Below, in pieces: positions 59,136 through 64,000 of a stretch of DNA of 64,000 nucleotides (positions are counted from its first letter, which is position 1; each line of letters begins with the position of its first letter). The DNA comes from Anthoceros angustus (lineage: Eukaryota; Plantae; Anthocerotophyta). The position numbers were made by a program, and so were the translations under genes. The stretch spans positions 1,054,001 through 1,118,000 of the forward strand of contig VJWM01000044.1 in NCBI GenBank assembly GCA_010909165.1. Direction: 5' to 3'. The notes below the pieces were generated by a model. It had not been told where the DNA came from. It was given only the letters and a program-made list of their open reading frames with translations, and searched no databases.

Positions 59136-62100
59136 GTGGCGCGACTACCGACGGCCAGTAAGCAGCACAATCCCGTGTCGTTGTAGTAAGGAGTCCGCTC
59201 CCCTAGAGAATGATAAGCTCCGCTGCTTTTCGACCGATCCTTACTTTGCGTCCGCTCAACTTTAACACACGCAATCGCTGCTTTTATGCCTAACTACTCA
59301 TAACGTTTCACCGAACAGCCCGGTGGTGCTTCTTGCACTTGGTATCGTCCTCCACGCTCCTCGGACTCATCCCCGTAGTCGTACTCCACAGTTCCACCCA
59401 GTGCGGAGGCGATTAGCCTTCGAATGCCCATGTTGGTGACACACCGCACACCACAGATGGGTCCGGACCGTGGTGGCCGCCTTCCGTCGTTCTTTATCCT
59501 TCACTTGGTTGATCGTCAATTCCTCCACCCTCTTCATTACCCGTTCCAGATCTTCCCTCAACCCCGCTACTTCTTTCAAAGGAGCTGGGTCAGGTGGAAC
59601 CTCTCGCAGGTGCAGGCATCATAACCTCCTTCTTCTCCACCCTCCGCTTGACTACGGGCTTTTTCTTCTTATTTCTTCGGCGAGGTTCTTCTTCCTCATC
59701 CTCGGATTCTTCTTCAGAGTCCTCTTCCTCTTCCTCCGATGCCACCTCGGTCTCATCATCCTCCTCTTGAGGTTCTTCATCTTGATCAGGCCCGTTTCTT
59801 CTTTTCTTCTTCCTCCGGGCGTCCTCGGTCGTCGTTGGTGCATCGATTCTTCGTAGTTCTCCGCCGCTCGGACCGCCTTGCTCACATCCTTCTACGCGGC
59901 GGACGTGTAGCCATTGGCTTGGGTAAGCCAGTTGCGAACCAACGTACCGCCTGCATGGTGGTGTGGGTGGGGTGTCGATCTCAAGAGCGTAGAACCGTTC
60001 GATGTACGATCCCAATTTCTCCGTCTTGCCTCGCTTCAGGTTCTCGAGTTTGGACAAGGCGTGGCCTCGATCCCACGGAATCTTTCCAAGAAGGCATCCT
60101 TCAATGCTTCAAAGGTCGTAGGGGAGGCGTTGCGGTAGGTACTTTCTCCAGTACCAGCGTAGACCCCTTGGAATTTGGATAAGCTGCGCATCCGAACCTT
60201 CTCCGTTGAAGTTCGCCCGTGACACGAAGTCCTCCACGAAGGTTTCAGCGTCTCTCTCCTTCTTACCTCCAAGAGAGGAGTACTCCTCCACTTGCACTTA
60301 CCTTCCTGCCAGCTACGGAGCGATCTCATTCCCAAGAACGGCGCCAAAATGTGGCGACTTTGACGGCGGTAGGGGCCGATCCGTGTCGTTGTAGTAAGGA
60401 GTCTGTTCGAATGGCTCCGTTTGCAGCGTTCAAGATCCTTACTTTGCGTCCGCTCAACTTTAACACACGCAATCGTCGTTTCGTCTAACTACTCATAACG
60501 TTCACCGAACGGGCCGGTGTGTAAGCGTTTGAGACCGTTTGCGTCCGTATCGTTCCGCCGTCACTCGTCCCTTAAGTCCGCTCCTCTCATCACTCACTAC
60601 GCTCATCAACCTTGGAAAAGAACGCAAGTGGCTACACGCCCCGACCTCCGTTGCTCAACTGGCCTCTCCGTCCGGCTCAGACGCCTCCCGAGTTCCTCCG
60701 GCTCACACGCCCGGCGACACCGGGCCGCCTGGACGAACACGGGTCCCCGCCGCCTCCCCGCACACACCACCACACGCTAGGGTCCGTCACGGGACCTTGA
60801 TCGGCCTCCCGAGCCGCAGGCTCGCCTGACTCAGACTCACGCTTAGCATGAAGACACACAAAGGTTTGCAAGAAACGCGATCAACACCAAGAGAAGATGA
60901 TTTATTCCGAAAGCAAATTTCTTATACTACGCCCAAGTCGGCGTCTTTATTACACTATTCGAGCCGGTGGCTACCAAGACGCCTAATCGGCCGCCTACCA
61001 TCCTATTCCTCCTCCTATCTCCTTCGCTTGCTGTGGCCTGGAAGGTCCTGGTTCCGCCTCGGTATTGGTGGTCCAATCTCCGTCTTGCCTCGCTTCAGGT
61101 TCTCGAGTTTGGACAAGACGTAGCCTTCTTGATCGATCCCACGGAATCTTTCCAAGAAGGCATCCTTCAATGCTTCGAAGGTCGTGGGGCGTTGCGGCGG
61201 TACTTTCTCGGTACCAGCCCTTCCCCGGACCCGCAATTTGGATAAGCTGCGCATCCGAACCTTCTCCGTTGAAGTTCGCCCGCGACACGAAATCCTCCAC
61301 GAAGGTTTGCGTCTCTCTCCTTCTTACCTCCAAGAGAGTACTCATCCTCCGCGCATCCACACTTACCTTCCCTGCCAGCTACGGAGCGATCTCATTCCCC
61401 ACGGCGCCAAAATGTGGCGACTTTGGTGACCGTAGGCGCACAATCCGTGTCGTTGTAGTAAAGTCTTCAGAGAATGGCTCCGTTTGCAGCGTTTCGATCC
61501 TTACTTTGCGTCCGCTCAACTTTAACACCGCAATCGTCGTTTCGTCTAACTACTCATAACGTTCACCGAGCGGGCCGGTGTATTAAGCGTTTGAGACCGC
61601 TTGCGTCCTATCGTTCCACGTCACTCGTCCCTTAAGTCCGTTCCTCTCATCACTCACTCGCTCATCAACCTTGGAAAGAGCATTAGTACTACCCAGGACC
61701 TCCTCCGTTGCTCAAGCGGGTCCCTCCGTCCAGACTCTGCCGCCCTCCGGAGTTCCTCCGGCTCACACGTTCGGTCGCTCGTGGGCGGCGCTGCAGGCGA
61801 ACACGGGTCCCGGTCGCTCTTCCCTGCACACACCACCACACGTTAGGGTCCGTCACGGGACCTTGATCGATCTCCGGGCGCCGTGCACCTTTCGATGACT
61901 CGGGACTCACGTTAACGGGAAGACACACAAGGTTTGCAAGCAGCATCAACACCAAGAGAAGATGATTTATTCGGCGGCCTCGGCCCTCTTATACGCCCAA
62001 GTCGGCGTCTTTATTACACCCTATTTGTGGCCAGCTCGATGCGCCCTAATCGGCCGCCTACCATCCTATTCCTCCTCCTATCTCCTTCGTCGGTGGGCTG

Positions 62101-64000
62101 GGAAGGTCACAGGTTCCGTCTCGCAGCCATCAAGACCCTAATCGGATCCGCGAGGCGGACCCCTTCCTCTTCCTAACTGTTACACGGCGGCGGGTCCGAC
62201 GACCGCACACACAACGCTGCCCCTGCCCCCAAGGGTCCCTCCTAGGGGCCACCGACCGCCGCCTCCCTGCCAGTAAGCCTGAGGGACCTCCTCCGTTGCT
62301 CAGCGGGCCTCTCGTCCGGCTCAGACGCCTCCCGAGTTCCTCCGGCTCACACGTTCCGGTGCTCGGCCGGGCGGCTGCAGACGAACACGGGTCCCCGATC
62401 GCTCTTCCACGCACACACCACCACGTTAGGGTCCGTCACGGGACCTTGATCGATCTCTCGGGAGGCCGTGCACCTTTCGACTCGGGACTCACGTTAACAA
62501 GACACACACAAGGTGCAAGCAGCATCAACACCAGAGAAGATGATTTATTCGGCGCCTCGGCCCTCTTATACTACGCCCAAGTCGGCGTCTTTATTACACC
62601 CTATTACGGTGGTGGCCAGCTCGATGCATGTCGCCGCCTACCATCCTATTCCTCCCTCCTATCTCCTTCGTCGGTGGGCTGGGAAGGTCACAGGTTCCGT
62701 CTCGGTATTGGTGGTCAATCTCTCCCGTACAGCGATTGCGGGCGCGCAATCGGATGATCGCGGCGGACCCCTTCCTCTTCCGGAATCACATCGGGTTGGG
62801 CTCGTGGCGGTCGGCCGTTACCACAACGTCTTCCCCCCCAGCCCCTGGGTCCCCTCCCGGTGGGGCCGCATTGTCTGCTCCCCGGTAAGTCGGAGGGACT
62901 CCTCCTTGCTTCCCGAGTCCGGACTGAGGTCCGGCCTCGACCCGAGTCTCGAACTGGAGTCTCGCTTATTCCCGAGTCCGGCCTCACGGGTCCGTCTCAT
63001 CTCGGGTTCGGACCTCGGGGTCCGTCTCATCTCGGGGTCCGGCCCCCAAGCTCCGGACTTATCTCGCGGGACCTCATCGCTAGGTCCTCATCCCTACCCA
63101 CCGACCCTTGTCTTGGGTGGGTTGGCTTCCTCCTTCCGCCTTCGTGGCCACCGCCTATCCTCCCGAGCAGTTGTGGACTTACCCCGAGATCCGCTTGGCT
63201 GGCCCCGCCTCCTCCCGAGGCTCTTCTCCCCGCTGCCTCCAAACAGGCCACTAGGGTCCCTGTCGCCCCATGCCCTTCATCCCTTCTCGAGCCTTCCGGG
63301 TCCGTCCATGTAGCGCACCGAGGCTTCCAATGCCTTAAGGAGCTCGTGGTAGTAGGCAAAATCCGAGTCAATTTGCCGGATTGCCTCTTCCACATGTGCC
63401 CGAGCACCCGATACTCCTTCGCCATTGGTGCTCCGGAGCCGAGCGGGCCGTCCGCTTGCCGGACCATCCCCGCCAGTTCGTTAGCCGGAGCCGGTCAATC
63501 TCCCGTCGATTCGGCGCACCCAATCGGATGATCGCGGTGGACCCCTTCCTCTTCCGGAATCACATCGGGTTGGGCTCGGCGTGATGCGGCGGCCGCCGTT
63601 ACCACGTCTTCCCCACAGCCCGGTGGGTCCCCTCGGTAGGGCCACCATTGTGCTCCCCGGTAAGTCGGAGGGACTCCTCCTTGCTTCACGAGTCCGGACC
63701 TCGGGGTCGGTCTCGACTCCGGTCTGAACTTGAGTGCCTTATTCCCGAGTCCGGACTGGGTCCGGTCTCATCTCAGGGGTTCGGACCTCGGGGTCCGAAC
63801 TTAGTCCGGTCCCCAAGCTCCGGACCCCTTGTCTGCGGACCTCTTGCTGGGTCCTCATCCCTACCCACAGGCCCTTGTCTTGGGTGGGTTGGCTTCCTCC
63901 TTCCAGCGCCTTTCGGGGCCCCTCTATCCTCCCGGCGGGTTGCGGTGGACTTACCACGAGATCCGTTGTATTGGCGCGTCCTGCTCCTCCCAGGCTCTTC
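59135..64000 (-). mobile_element. Tandem partial repeats of LTR 3' end, PBS and gag start, followed by duplicated LTR/3'-region segments
   Basis: Additional LTR-end/PBS junctions at 60350 and 61413, each followed by gag (EEYSSLGGKKERDAETFVEDFVSRANFNGE). LTR blocks are repeated at 60480-61020, 61550-62130 and 62280-62720. Confidence 0.85.

Noticed and set aside
44000-64000. Many 100-300 aa ORFs on both strands as separate genes
   Set aside because: They are GC-rich shadow frames or frameshifted pieces of the retrotransposon.

Overview
Eukaryotic nuclear DNA from a seed-free land plant. This is an inference from ~80-110 bp GT-AG introns, plastid-type MurE, a ciliary radial-spoke gene and fern/lycophyte/hornwort-style PLS-PPR sequence. 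Bases 1-32 kb are gene-dense: MurE, two intronless calmodulin-like genes, TruA, endosulfine, RSP11/ROPN1L, a 949-aa P-class PPR, THUMPD1, a GGQ release-factor-like gene, an mL80-like gene, a 3-qRRM hnRNP F/H-like gene and proteasome alpha-5. An unusual 1.27-kb fold-back element made of two inverted LTR-like arms with a tRNA-iMet PBS and a 5-bp TSD sits at 6.7-8.0 kb. Bases 32-44 kb hold relics (a ~1-kb tandem duplication, a piggyBac-like transposase fragment, a PLS-E PPR pseudogene, a trihelix fragment) and an intact-looking 3-exon secreted Pro-rich protein that the ORF track only partly shows. Bases 44-64 kb are a scrambled Athila-like Ty3/gypsy cluster with tandem sub-duplications that may partly be assembly artefact. 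The most notable signals are the inverted-LTR element, a U5 motif complementary to the 5' end of the primer tRNA-Asp, the piggyBac relic, the orphan secreted protein and a MIRNA-like hairpin. All exon structures were read by eye and all homologies are from memory; no searches were run.
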